The position numbers and the translations under genes were made by a program. From Lysobacterales bacterium (GTDB lineage Bacteria > Pseudomonadota > Gammaproteobacteria > Xanthomonadales > SZUA-5), in the NCBI GenBank assembly GCA_022841325.1, contig JALHRS010000020.1, positions 2,541-66,540 on the forward strand: 64,000 nt of DNA, given 5' to 3'. This document shows, in pieces, positions 38,363 through 48,700 of the stretch. Position 1 is the stretch's first letter, and every line of letters starts with the position of its first letter. A model generated the notes under the pieces. It did no database searches. It was not told the origin of the DNA and worked only from the letters and a program-made list of their open reading frames with translations.

Positions 38363-38953
38363 GTGAGCCCACTGCTCGATGAATTGGTGCAGGCACTGCG
38401 GTGTCTGCCCGGGGTCGGTGCGAAATCGGCCCAGCGCATGGCTTTCCAGTTGCTGGAGCGCGACCGCGCCGGCGCCCGACGGCTGGCCGACAAGCTGATC
38501 GCCGCGGTCGAGCGTATCGGGCTGTGCCAGCGCTGCCGCACCTTCACCGAGGACCCGCAATGCAGTCTCTGCCGCGCCAGCGGCCGCGACGACGAATTGC
38601 TGTGCGTGGTCGAGTCCCCGGCCGATCTGTATGCGCTGGAGCAGGCCACCGGCTATCGCGGGCGCTATTTCGTGCTGCACGGTCGATTGTCGCCCCTCGA
38701 TGGCCGCGGCCCCAGAGAACTTGGCCTCGACCTGCTGGCCGAACGCCTGGCCGAGGGCCAGGTCAAGGAACTGATCGTCGCCACCAATCCCACCGTGGAA
38801 GGGGAAGCCACCGCCCACTATCTGGCGGAGATTGCCCGCGCTGCCGGGGTCTCACCCACCCGCATCGCCCATGGCGTACCGGTAGGCGGCGAGCTGGAAT
38901 ACATCGATCGCAGCACCCTGGCGCATGCTTTCAGTGGGCGGTTGAAGGTGTGA
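38363..38953 (+). CDS. recR: Recombination protein RecR
   Basis: Hh[16 protein letters not shown]4 zinc finger CQRC..C.LC, Toprim domain. Confidence 0.95.
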   Translation: MSPLLDELVQALRCLPGVGAKSAQRMAFQLLERDRAGARRLADKLIAAVERIGLCQRCRTFTEDPQCSLCRASGRDDELLCVVESPADLYALEQATGYRGRYFVLHGRLSPLDGRGPRELGLDLLAERLAEGQVKELIVATNPTVEGEATAHYLAEIARAAGVSPTRIAHGVPVGGELEYIDRSTLAHAFSGRLKV

Positions 38954-39277
38954 GAGAGGTGGGAAAAAGGGAAAGGGAAAAAGGAAAAGGGTAAGAGCGG
39001 TCTGCAGCACCCCGATCTGTCGCTTGGGTGTCCTTTCCCACGTGAGAGGGGCGGGAAAAAGGAAAAGGGGAAAAGGGAAAGGGGAGGAGCGTCGGGCAAG
39101 AACTTGACGCTTGGGCGAAGGCGCACGACATTGTGCAACCCAGCTGATTGCGGATTGCTGGTCCTCGCTGCGGAGCAGGTGGCTCGCTCCTTTGGAATGC
39201 GGCGGGAAAGTGCAGCGTGCCGGCTCTTCCTTTTTCCCTTTTCCTTTTTCCTTTTTCCTTCCCCTTACCTTTTCCCA
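38952..39277. repeat. Three roughly 45-nt polypurine/polypyrimidine tracts (two direct GGGAAAAGG-type blocks at 38952-38997 and 39044-39089, one inverted block at 39225-39277)
   Basis: Read directly. Block 3 is the approximate reverse complement of block 1. Confidence 0.85.
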
Positions 39278-39318
39278 GGCTCCAATAAGCCCCTACACAG
39301 CGCAAGGCTCCCAATCCC

Positions 39319-39660
39319 ATGCCCACCCTGTTCAGCAAGATCATTTCCCGCGAGATTCCGGCCCAGATCGTCTACGAGGACGAGCATCTGCTGGCGTTCA
39401 AGGACATCAATCCGCAGGCGCCGGTGCATGTGCTGTTCATTCCCAGGGAAGAAATCGCCAGTGCCGATGCGCTGGAGGATCGCCACGCCGAACTGGTCGG
39501 GCGGCTGGTGCTGGCGGCCGGGCGCTACGCCCGCGAGGCTGGCATTGCCGAGGATGGCTACAGGCTGGTGATGAACACCAACGAGCACGGCGGCCAGACC
39601 GTGTTCCACCTGCATCTGCATCTGATCGGTGGCCGGCCGATGTCCTGGCCGCCGGGCTGA
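39319..39660 (+). CDS. HIT-family (histidine triad) nucleotide hydrolase
   Basis: 113-aa ORF with the HLHLHLIGG triad. Confidence 0.9.
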   Translation: MPTLFSKIISREIPAQIVYEDEHLLAFKDINPQAPVHVLFIPREEIASADALEDRHAELVGRLVLAAGRYAREAGIAEDGYRLVMNTNEHGGQTVFHLHLHLIGGRPMSWPPG

Positions 39661-39844
39661 CGTATTGGGGGCGCCAGCGCGAGGCGTCGGCCCACCGGTC
39701 GGTCAAAGCCAAGCTGGGGGGGAGAAAGCGCGGCGCCTCCCTGGAATTTCCGGCGAGGCTCTGCGCGCTATTCGGACTCGGCTTGAAGCTGTTACGGATT
39801 GCAGGCCGGGGTCGCCACCTCGCGGTGGCCCCGGCCGCTGAAGC

Positions 39845-40177
39845 TCATTGCCCGGCCAGATCGCCCAGATTGGACTTCTGGCTGCTGAAATAGGCGGCCA
39901 GATCGGCGATGTCCTGGTCGCTCAGCGTGCCGGCAAAGCCTTGCATGATCACGTTCTCGCGGGCACCCGAGCGATAGCTCTTCAGTGCATGCGACAGGTA
40001 GTCGTGGTACTGACCCGCGATGATCGGGTATTGCGGATCGCCGACGCCATTGCCGTCAACGCCGTGACAGGCCTGGCAGGTCTTGGACAGCTCCATGCCG
40101 CGGCCGGCACTGCCGGCAGCCTGGGCTCCGTTGGCGATCAACAGGCCAAGGGCCAATACAATCAGATGCTTGCTCAT
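39845..40177 (-). CDS. Monohaem class I c-type cytochrome (cytochrome c4 half-like)
   Basis: Signal peptide MSKHLIVLALGLLIANGAQA, CQACH, distal Met region. The longer ORF to 40540 is rejected. Confidence 0.8.
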   Translation of the reverse strand: MSKHLIVLALGLLIANGAQAAGSAGRGMELSKTCQACHGVDGNGVGDPQYPIIAGQYHDYLSHALKSYRSGARENVIMQGFAGTLSDQDIADLAAYFSSQKSNLGDLAGQ

Positions 40178-40188
40178 GACGGGGCCCT

Positions 40189-40512
40189 TCACGGTTTCGG
40201 CTTCGAGGACAGATAGCTGGCGATGTCGGCGATGTCCTGCTCCGACAGACTCTGCGCTTGCGCCACCATGGTCGAGTGCTTGCGCTGCTCGCTTCGGTAA
40301 GCGCCGAGAGCGGCGACCAGATATTCGTAGTTCTGACCATGAATTCGCGGAACCCGATAATGCGGGTAGACATTGCTGTAGCCGGTGATGCCATGGCAAC
40401 CGGTACAGGAGTAGGCCTTGCGCTTGCCAGCTTCGGCATCGCCCTTGGCGCTTGCAACTGTGGGTGCGGCACCAGCCAGAACCAACAGTACTGCGAGTGT
40501 GATCGACCTCAT
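40189..40512 (-). CDS. Monohaem class I c-type cytochrome (cytochrome c4 half-like)
   Basis: Signal peptide MRSITLAVLLVLAGAAPTVASA, CTGCH. Lies 11 nt upstream of its paralogue. Confidence 0.8.
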   Translation of the reverse strand: MRSITLAVLLVLAGAAPTVASAKGDAEAGKRKAYSCTGCHGITGYSNVYPHYRVPRIHGQNYEYLVAALGAYRSEQRKHSTMVAQAQSLSEQDIADIASYLSSKPKP

Positions 40513-40750
40513 CCATCCATCCCCGATGATTGGCCCGCACCGTGATGGTGTGGGCAGCGACAAAGACCCTGGATTATGCCGAGCGACGTTGGCCCGGTCC
40601 ATGCCTGTGACTTGTGGCGGACGATAGCGTGACGGCAACTGTGGATACTGAACAACATCCGCATGACGAGCGAACAGCGTGACTTCCGGTACTGCCGACG
40701 CGGCGAACTGGTGTCATAGCATACCAACACACTTGAGCAGAGTTCTCCCG

Positions 40751-41887
40751 ATGATCATGGAACGAAGGCATCGCATCACCCTGTCCGCGCTGATCGTGGC
40801 GATCAGCCTGTCGCTGGCTGCCTGCGGCGGAGCAGCGGATGAGCAGTCTGCCGACAGCACCGAGAAAACCGACACGGCGGCGCTCGGAAAGGATGGCAAG
40901 CCGGTGGAAGCGGTCAAGGTGCCGGTCGAAGTGGCTACCGCTACCCGCGCCCCGGTGAGTGCTGCCTTTCAGGGCACCGCCAACCTCGAAGCGGCTGCAG
41001 AGGCCGATGTGGTCACCAAGACCAGTGGCGTGGTGCTGGAGATCATGGTCGAGGAAGGCGACAAGGTGCGTGCCGGCCAGGTGCTCGCGCGCCTCGATTC
41101 CGATCGCCAGCGTCTGACCGTCAAGCAGAGCGAGGCCAATCTGCGCAAGCTGGAGAATGACTACAAGCGCCAGCAGGAGATGTTCGCCCGCAAGCTGATC
41201 AGTCAGGATGTGTTCGACCGTTCGCGCTTTGATCTGGACACCCAGCGCGCCGCTCACGACATGTCCAGGCTGGAGCTGTCCTACACCGAGATTCGTGCGC
41301 CCATCAATGGCGTCGTCAGCAAACGCATGGTCAAGGTGGGTAATTTGATCCAGCTGAACCAGCCGCTGTTCAAGATCGACGATTTCGACCCGCTGGAGGC
41401 CATGATCAATGTGCCGGAGCGGGAAATGCGGCTGATCAAGGCCGACCAGCCGGTGCAGATGCTGGTGGATGCGCTGCCCGATGCGGTGTTCACGGGCATG
41501 GTGGCCCGGGTCAGTCCGGTGGTCGATTCCAGCACCGGTACCTTCCGCGTGGTGGCGCAGTTCAAGGATCCCAGTGGCCGGCTGCGCACCGGCATGTTTG
41601 GGCGCGTGCGCATTGTTTACGACGAGCGTGCCGATGCGCTGGTGGTACCGCGCTCGGCGCTGGTCGGGGACGACAAGGATGCGTCGGTGTTTGTGGTCGA
41701 GGAAGGCACGGCCAAGCGCCGCAAGGTGCGTCTGGGCTATGCCGATGGCGGTCAGGTGGAAGTGGTCGATGGCATGAGCGAGGGCGAGCAGGTGGTCACG
41801 CTGGGCCAGGCCGCGCTGCGCGACGGTTCCAAGGTCCAGGTCATCAACCCGGAGAAGCCGGTGGCGGTCGCCAGGTCCGGGGGCTGA
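40751..41887 (+). CDS. RND efflux periplasmic adaptor (membrane fusion protein)
   Basis: Lipobox SLSLAAC, coiled-coil hairpin, IRAPINGVV lipoyl motif, beta-barrel domain. Confidence 0.9.
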   Translation: MIMERRHRITLSALIVAISLSLAACGGAADEQSADSTEKTDTAALGKDGKPVEAVKVPVEVATATRAPVSAAFQGTANLEAAAEADVVTKTSGVVLEIMVEEGDKVRAGQVLARLDSDRQRLTVKQSEANLRKLENDYKRQQEMFARKLISQDVFDRSRFDLDTQRAAHDMSRLELSYTEIRAPINGVVSKRMVKVGNLIQLNQPLFKIDDFDPLEAMINVPEREMRLIKADQPVQMLVDALPDAVFTGMVARVSPVVDSSTGTFRVVAQFKDPSGRLRTGMFGRVRIVYDERADALVVPRSALVGDDKDASVFVVEEGTAKRRKVRLGYADGGQVEVVDGMSEGEQVVTLGQAALRDGSKVQVINPEKPVAVARSGG

Positions 41888-42030
41888 CCTCGGTCAAGGG
41901 CCCTGCCTTGACCATGTCCGCAAGGGTCGCCCTGGATCGCTCAGGGTGAGGCGCCGCAGTTCAGGGCGCGACCTACGCACAACAGCTTGTTCCGGGCGCC
42001 GCTGAGACGGCCTCCCATCGACTGTCGGAA

Positions 42031-45000
42031 ATGTCCATGAATATCGTCCGTCTTGCCACTGAACGCCGCGTCACCATCGCCATGGTCACCATCGCCCTGG
42101 TGCTGTTTGGCCTGATCGGTCTGAGTCGTCTGAAGGTCAATCTGCTGCCGGATCTGTCCTATCCGACACTGACCGTACGCACCGAATACGTGGGCGCCGC
42201 GCCGGCGGAAATCGAGAATCTGATCACCGAGCCGCTGGAAGAGGCGCTCGGCGTGGTCAAGAGCCTCAAGCGCATCCGCTCGATCTCGCGTACCGGTCAG
42301 TCCGACGTGATCCTGGAGTTCACCTGGGGCACGAACATGGACGATGCCGGCATGGACGTGCGCGAGAAGCTGGAACTGATCCAGCTGCCGCTGGACGTCA
42401 AGAAACCGCTGCTGCTGCGCTTTGATCCCTCCACCGAGCCGGTCATGCGTCTGGCCCTGGCGACCGGCGCCAATGACAGCGATGCCAGCACGGTCGCTGC
42501 GCTGACCGAGTTGCGGCGATACGCGGAAGAAGATCTGAAAAAACGTCTGGAACCGATCGAGGGTGTGGCAGCGGTCAAGGTTTCGGGTGGCCTGGAGGAT
42601 GAAATCCAGGTCGAGATTGACCAGAACCGCCTGAAGCAGCTCAATCTGGACGTCAACACCGTCATCGAGCGACTGCGCCAGGAGAACATCAACATCTCCA
42701 GCGGCCGACTCGACGAAGCCAGCCAGCGCTATCTGGTGCGCACCATCAATCAATTCTCGACCTTGACCGACATGGGCGACATGGTGGTGGCAGTGTCCGC
42801 CGACGTGCCGGTCAAGCTGCGCGATGTGGCCAGCGTGTCCCAGGGTTACAAGGAACGTCAGGCCATCATCCGCAGTGATGGCCAGGAAGCGGTGGAGATC
42901 GCCATCTACAAGGAGGGCGATGCCAACACCGTCAGCGTGGCCGAAGCCGTGGTCAAGGCGCTGGAACGCTACAAGGACGAGGTGCCCGAGGGCGCCAAGC
43001 TGACAACGGTCGACGATCAGTCGATCTTCATCAAGAGCTCGATCCGCGAGGTCGTCGATGCCGCGGTCATCGGCGGTCTGCTGTCGATTCTGGTGATCTT
43101 CCTGTTCCTGGGCGAAGCCTGGGCCACGCTGGTGATCGCGCTGTCCCTGCCGGTGTCGATCATTGCCACCTTCTTCTTCATGCAGCAGTTCGGCATTGGC
43201 CTCAATGTGATGTCGCTGGGCGGCATCGCCCTGGCCACCGGCATGGTGGTGGACAACGCCATCGTGGTGCTGGAAAACACCCGACGCCTGCGCGACCAGG
43301 GTCTGGGCGTGGTCGAGGCCGCGGTACAGGGCACCAGTGAGGTCGGCATGGCGATCACCGCCTCGACCTTCACCCATATCGCGGTGTTCCTGCCGCTGGT
43401 CTTTGTCGAGGGCATCGCCGGCCAGCTGTTCGGCGATCAGGCGCTGACCGTGACCTTCGCGATGATCATCTCGCTGTTCGTGGCCGTGACCCTGATTCCG
43501 ATGCTGGCTTCTCTGGGCAGCAAGCATTCGGCGATGGAGTTCGAGCATCCGCAGCCGGTGGCACACCAGCGGCACTGGCTGATGAGCAACAAGCCTCGCC
43601 TGGATCGCGGGCGTTTTCTTCTTCTACCGATCTGGCTGTTGCTGGCGTTGCTGCGCGGCGCCTGGTTCGTGATCGCCAGGGCGGCCTTTGCACTGGCCTG
43701 GCTGGTGCGGCGGATTTTTGGCGGGCTGGGTCGCCTCGCCATGCGCATACTCAGCCCCATGGCCAGGGCGACCATGGGCTTCTTCGACTTCATGCTCAAG
43801 CGCTACGACGTGTTGCTGCCGTGGTCCTTGCGTCATCCGACTGTCATTCTGGGCATCGCCCTGCTGTCGCTGCTTGGGGCATTGGCCCTGGTGCCGCGCC
43901 TCGGCTTGGAACTGATACCCGAATTCGCCCAGGGCCGATTGCAGGTCGATCTGAAACTGCCGGTGGGCACGCCGCTGGCGCGCACGGATCTGATGGTGAC
44001 GGGATTGCAGCAGCATGGTCTGCAGGTGCAGGGTATCGAGCACATGTTCGCCACCGCTGGCACCGGAGCGCGTCTGGACGCCAATCCCACCGAGTCGGGG
44101 GAGAACATCGGCAAGCTGCTGGTGACACTGGCGCCACATACCGAACGCAGCGACGAGCCGCGCATCGTCGAGAGTTTGCGCGCGTATACCGACGTCATCC
44201 CCGGCGCTGAAGCCAAGTTCTCGCGACCGCAGCTGTTCAGCTTCGAGACGCCGCTGGAAGTCGAGATCAGCGGCTACGACCTGGATCTGCTCAAGCAGGC
44301 CAGCGAGCGCATCAGTGCGCGCATGCGCAAGGAGGCCATGTTCGCCGATGTCAAGAACTCGCAGGAACAGGGCGCGCCGGAGGTGCGGATCTATTTCGAC
44401 CAGGACAAGATCGCCTCGCTGGGTCTGACCACCCGCCAGGTGGCCGATCAGGTGGTGCGCAAGATCCGTGGTGAGGTGGCCACGCGCTACAGCTTCCGCG
44501 ACCGCAAGATCGATGTGCTGGTGCGCGCCACCGAACCCGACCGCGACTCAGTGCAGGCGGTGCGCCGGCTGATCGTCAATCCGGGCAGCCTGAGTCCGGT
44601 GCCGCTGGATTCGGTGGCGCGGGTCGAGATCACCGAAGGACCGGCCGAAATCCGTCGGATCAATCAGGAACGGGTGGCCGTCGTTTCCGCCAGCCTGCGC
44701 GGTGATCTGGGTTCGGCCGTGGCGTTGGCGCAGCAGATTGTCGACGAGAATCTGTTGCCGGCGGGGACGGCGGCACGCGTCGCCGGACAGAGCGAGGATC
44801 TGGATGCCTCTTTCAATTCACTGATCCTGGCCCTGGGCCTGGCGGTGTTCATGGTCTACCTGGTGATGGCTTCGCAGTTCGAATCATTGCTGCATCCCTT
44901 CCTGATCCTGTTCACCATTCCGCTGGCGCTGGTCGGTGCCATCTTCAGTCTGTGGATCACCGGCACCACGCTCAGCATCATCGTCTTCATCGGCCTGATC

Positions 45001-45357
45001 ATGCTGGTCGGCATCGTGGTTTCCAATGCCATTGTGCTGATCGATCGCGTCAACCAGCTGCGCGCCAAGGGAATGGAGAAACGCGCCGCCCTGATGGAGG
45101 GCGCGCGCACCCGCTTGCGGCCCATCGTCATGACCACCATCACCACCCTGTTCGGCTTTCTGCCGATGGCGCTCGGCCTCGGCGACGGCGCCGAACTGCG
45201 CCAGCCGCTGGCGATCACCGTGATCGGTGGACTGATCTTCTCGACGCTGCTCACGCTGGTGGTGATACCGGTGCTCTACAACGTCGTCGATCGGCGCGCC
45301 ACCTATCGCCAGCCGCGGGCGCTGCAGCAGGGTGAAGGCGCGGAGGTGGGGGCGTGA
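42031..45357 (+). CDS. RND efflux permease 1 (AcrB/MdtB-like)
   Basis: 1108-aa protein with 12 predicted TM segments. GIALATGMVVDNAIVVLEN motif. An extended cytoplasmic loop lies between the two halves. Confidence 0.92.
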   Translation: MSMNIVRLATERRVTIAMVTIALVLFGLIGLSRLKVNLLPDLSYPTLTVRTEYVGAAPAEIENLITEPLEEALGVVKSLKRIRSISRTGQSDVILEFTWGTNMDDAGMDVREKLELIQLPLDVKKPLLLRFDPSTEPVMRLALATGANDSDASTVAALTELRRYAEEDLKKRLEPIEGVAAVKVSGGLEDEIQVEIDQNRLKQLNLDVNTVIERLRQENINISSGRLDEASQRYLVRTINQFSTLTDMGDMVVAVSADVPVKLRDVASVSQGYKERQAIIRSDGQEAVEIAIYKEGDANTVSVAEAVVKALERYKDEVPEGAKLTTVDDQSIFIKSSIREVVDAAVIGGLLSILVIFLFLGEAWATLVIALSLPVSIIATFFFMQQFGIGLNVMSLGGIALATGMVVDNAIVVLENTRRLRDQGLGVVEAAVQGTSEVGMAITASTFTHIAVFLPLVFVEGIAGQLFGDQALTVTFAMIISLFVAVTLIPMLASLGSKHSAMEFEHPQPVAHQRHWLMSNKPRLDRGRFLLLPIWLLLALLRGAWFVIARAAFALAWLVRRIFGGLGRLAMRILSPMARATMGFFDFMLKRYDVLLPWSLRHPTVILGIALLSLLGALALVPRLGLELIPEFAQGRLQVDLKLPVGTPLARTDLMVTGLQQHGLQVQGIEHMFATAGTGARLDANPTESGENIGKLLVTLAPHTERSDEPRIVESLRAYTDVIPGAEAKFSRPQLFSFETPLEVEISGYDLDLLKQASERISARMRKEAMFADVKNSQEQGAPEVRIYFDQDKIASLGLTTRQVADQVVRKIRGEVATRYSFRDRKIDVLVRATEPDRDSVQAVRRLIVNPGSLSPVPLDSVARVEITEGPAEIRRINQERVAVVSASLRGDLGSAVALAQQIVDENLLPAGTAARVAGQSEDLDASFNSLILALGLAVFMVYLVMASQFESLLHPFLILFTIPLALVGAIFSLWITGTTLSIIVFIGLIMLVGIVVSNAIVLIDRVNQLRAKGMEKRAALMEGARTRLRPIVMTTITTLFGFLPMALGLGDGAELRQPLAITVIGGLIFSTLLTLVVIPVLYNVVDRRATYRQPRALQQGEGAEVGA

Positions 45358-45372
45358 GCACGGCGATGACGC

Positions 45373-45679
45373 GGGGCACGGGGCAGGGGGCACGGGGCAC
45401 GGGGTGGTCTGCGGGGCCGTGCGGCCTTCTGGCGCGTGCATTCCCGTGCGCGGAGATGAAGCGGGGCACGGGGCACGGGGCATGGGGCACGGGATGTGCT
45501 GAGGGCGTTTGTCGACTTGCTACACAGGCTTTCCCTCTAGAGCTTGAGCGCAGAAAAGCGGCACTGAGCGCCTACCCCCCAATCCGCCCCTGCTTTTCCC
45601 CTGCCCCGTGCTCCGTGCCCCGTGCCCCCGCTTCGCGTGCCCCGTGCCCCGTGCCGAGTTCCCCAGCTTCTCGTGCCCC
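45373..45679. repeat. Heptamer-array inverted element, copy C: GGGGCAC blocks (45373-45400, 45463-45490) facing GTGCCCC blocks (45601-45628, 45637-45650, 45673-45679)
   Basis: Read directly. Occupies the 343-nt spacer between the two co-oriented RND permease genes. Confidence 0.9.
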
Positions 45680-45700
45680 GTTCATCTGGAGCCGCCACCC

Positions 45701-48700
45701 ATGACCCTCGCCGAAATCGCTCTGAAGCGCCCGGTCACCGCGATCATGCTGTTCGTCAGTTGCGTGGTCTTCGGGCTGCTGAGCGCGCGCATGCTCAAGC
45801 TGGAGTTCTTTCCGGAGCTGGATGCGCCCTTCATTCTGGTGCAGGTGCCGTATCCGGGCTCCACGCCCAAGGAAGTCGAGCGCGAGATCGTGCGTCCGCT
45901 CGAAGAATCGCTGGCGACGATTTCCGGTATCGACCGGATGTTCGCCAATGCCGATGAAAACGGCGCCTTCTTCTTTCTGGTGTTCGACTGGAATCGCAAC
46001 GTCAAGGTCAAGCTGTCGGAGGTGCGTGAGCGGGTGGATGCCATCCGCGGCGAACTCCCCAAGGACATCCAGCGCATCCAGGTCCTGAAGTTCTCGACCA
46101 ACGATGAACCGGCGTTGCAGATTCGCCTGTCCAGCACCACCGGCAATCTGCTGGACGCCTACGATCTGCTCGAACGCCGCATCAAGCGTCCGCTGGAACG
46201 CATACCGGGCGTAGCCTCGGTCGAGCTGTCCGGGGTGGAACCCAACGAAGTCCGCATCGATCTGCTGCCCGAGCGCATCGCCTCGCACAACATTGATCTC
46301 AATGCCTTGTCGCAGCGGATTCAGTCAGCCAATTTTTCGACCTCGGCCGGACTCATCCACGATGGCGATCAGCGCTATCGGGTGCAGCCGGTGGGCGAGA
46401 TCCGCAGTCTGGAGGAATACGGCGATCTGGTCATCAACGATGCCGGCCTGCGGCTGCGCGATGTGGCGGAAATTCGCTACATGCAGCGTGAGATCAACTT
46501 CCGTCGCATCCTCAATGGCAATTACGCGGTCGGTGTGGACATCCGTCGCGAGCGCGGTGCCAATCTGGTGGATGTCTGTGCCAATGTGCTGGCCGAGGTA
46601 CGCCGGATCGAGGCCAGCGGCGCCCTGGCTGGCATCGAGCTCTACATGATCGGCAATCAGGGAGAGGGTATTACCAGTTCGCTCGGGGAACTGGTCAAAT
46701 CCGGTGCCCAGGGCATGCTCTTCGCCGTGCTGATCCTGTACTTCTTCCTGCGCCACTGGCCGAGCACGCTGATGGTGTCGCTGTCGGTGCCGATCTGTAT
46801 CGCCATCAGTCTGGGGGCCATGTATTTCCTCGGACTCACGCTCAATGTGCTGACCATGATGGGTCTGTTGCTGGGTATAGGCATGCTCGTCGACAACGCG
46901 GTGGTCGTGACCGAGAGCATCTATCAGCAGCGGGAGAAGCGACCGGGAGATCCGGTCGGAACCGCCATCGAGGGCACCCGGATGGTGCAGCTGGCGGTCA
47001 GTGCCGGCACGCTGACCAGCATCATCGTATTCCTGCCCAATGTGTTCGGGGGCACCACCCAGGTCGGTGTTTTCCTCTACTACGTGGCCATGCCGATGTC
47101 GGTCGCCTTGCTGGCCTCGTGGTTCGTGGCGGTCAGCATCATTCCGATGCTGGCCTCACGCATCGAACCGCCCAAAGGCTTGTCGCAAGTGCGCATCGTC
47201 GAGCATTGGAAGCTGCTGTACGGCCGTCTGCTGCACTGGACCCTGAACCATCGCGGCTGGGCCCTGATGGGCGTGCTGCTGATCTTCGCCAGCGTGGCCA
47301 TTCCCGCCAACCTGGTGAAGACCGATTTCTTCGGCGGCAGCGGCAAGCGCGATTTCAGCATCGGCTATGAGCTCAACGGACGCTACCGGCTGGATCAGCT
47401 GGAGCCGGCGGCGCGCGCGGTGGAGGCTTTCCTGCTGCGCCACAAGGAGGAGTTCGAGATCGAATCGGTGTACAGCTGGCTGTCCGAGGATCAGGGCATG
47501 CAGACCCGATTGCAGCTGGTCAAGGACGACCAGGCCACTCGGCCTCTGGAGGAAATCAAGCAGGCCGTGCGTGACGGCCTGCCACAGCTGGCCATCGGCA
47601 AGGCCGTGGTCGATCTGCGCCAGGGGCCGGGTGGCGGCAACGCCGGCAGCACCGATACGCCCAGCGTCAGTGTCAGCATCAATGGCGATTCCACCGAAGT
47701 GCTGACCGAGGTGGCCAAGGACGTGGCGCGCCTGCTCGCCAGCCATGAGGAATTCGCCGAAGTTCGTGCCGATGATGCGCAGGAGCAGCAGGAAGTGCAG
47801 CTGCGCATCGATCGCGATCGCGCCTCGAATCTGGGTTTCGACCCGGCTCAGGTAGGCCAGCTGATTCAGGTGGCCATGCGCGGCGTACCGCTGCGCGAGT
47901 TCCGCCAGGGCGACACCGAGGTGCCGGTGTGGCTGCGCTTCAAGGATGCCGAGTCACTGTCGCTGGACGATCTCAAGGAAATCCGCATCACCCGTGCCGA
48001 TGGCGAATCGGTGCCGCTGTCGACGCTGGTGTCGGTCGATGTCTCGCCCAGCGCCCGCCAGATCGGCCGGCAGAATCGCAAGACCAGTCAGTCGATCACC
48101 ATCGATCTCAAGCCCAACGGAGACATGGGCAAGGCCCGCGAGATCATCGAGAGCAGTCTCAAGGACTACCCCTTCCCGTCCGGCTACAGCTACGATCTGG
48201 GCCAGCGCTTTCAGGACGATGCGGCTGCTGCATCCGAAATGATGTTCCTGCTGCTGCTGTCCATCGTGCTGATCTACATGGTGATGGCGGCCCTGTTCGA
48301 ATCGGCGGTCTATCCCATCGCCATCCTGATCTCGATCATGTACGCGGTGGTGGGCGTCTGGTGGACCTTCCTGGTCTGGGACACCACCTTCTCGGTCATG
48401 GCCTTCATCGGCATCATGATCCTGACCGGCGTGGTGGTGAACAACGGCATCGTGCTGGTCGAGCATGTGAACACGCTCAGGCGCGCCGGGCATGATCGCG
48501 AGCGCGCCCTGATTCTGGGCGGACAGGAACGCCTGCGGCCGATTTTGATCACCACCGGCACCACCTTCCTCGGGCTCTTGCCCCTGTGCATCAGCGATGT
48601 CGGCATCGGTGGCGACGGCCCGGCGTACTATCCGATGGCCAGGGCCATTGCCGGCGGACTGGTTTTCTCCACTGCCATCACCCTGGTGGTGCTGCCCACG

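Noticed and set aside
39111-39893. 260-aa ORF spanning the polypyrimidine tract and the HIT gene in another frame.
   Set aside because: It overlaps the well-supported HIT ORF (HLHLHLIGG) and begins inside low-complexity repeat DNA.
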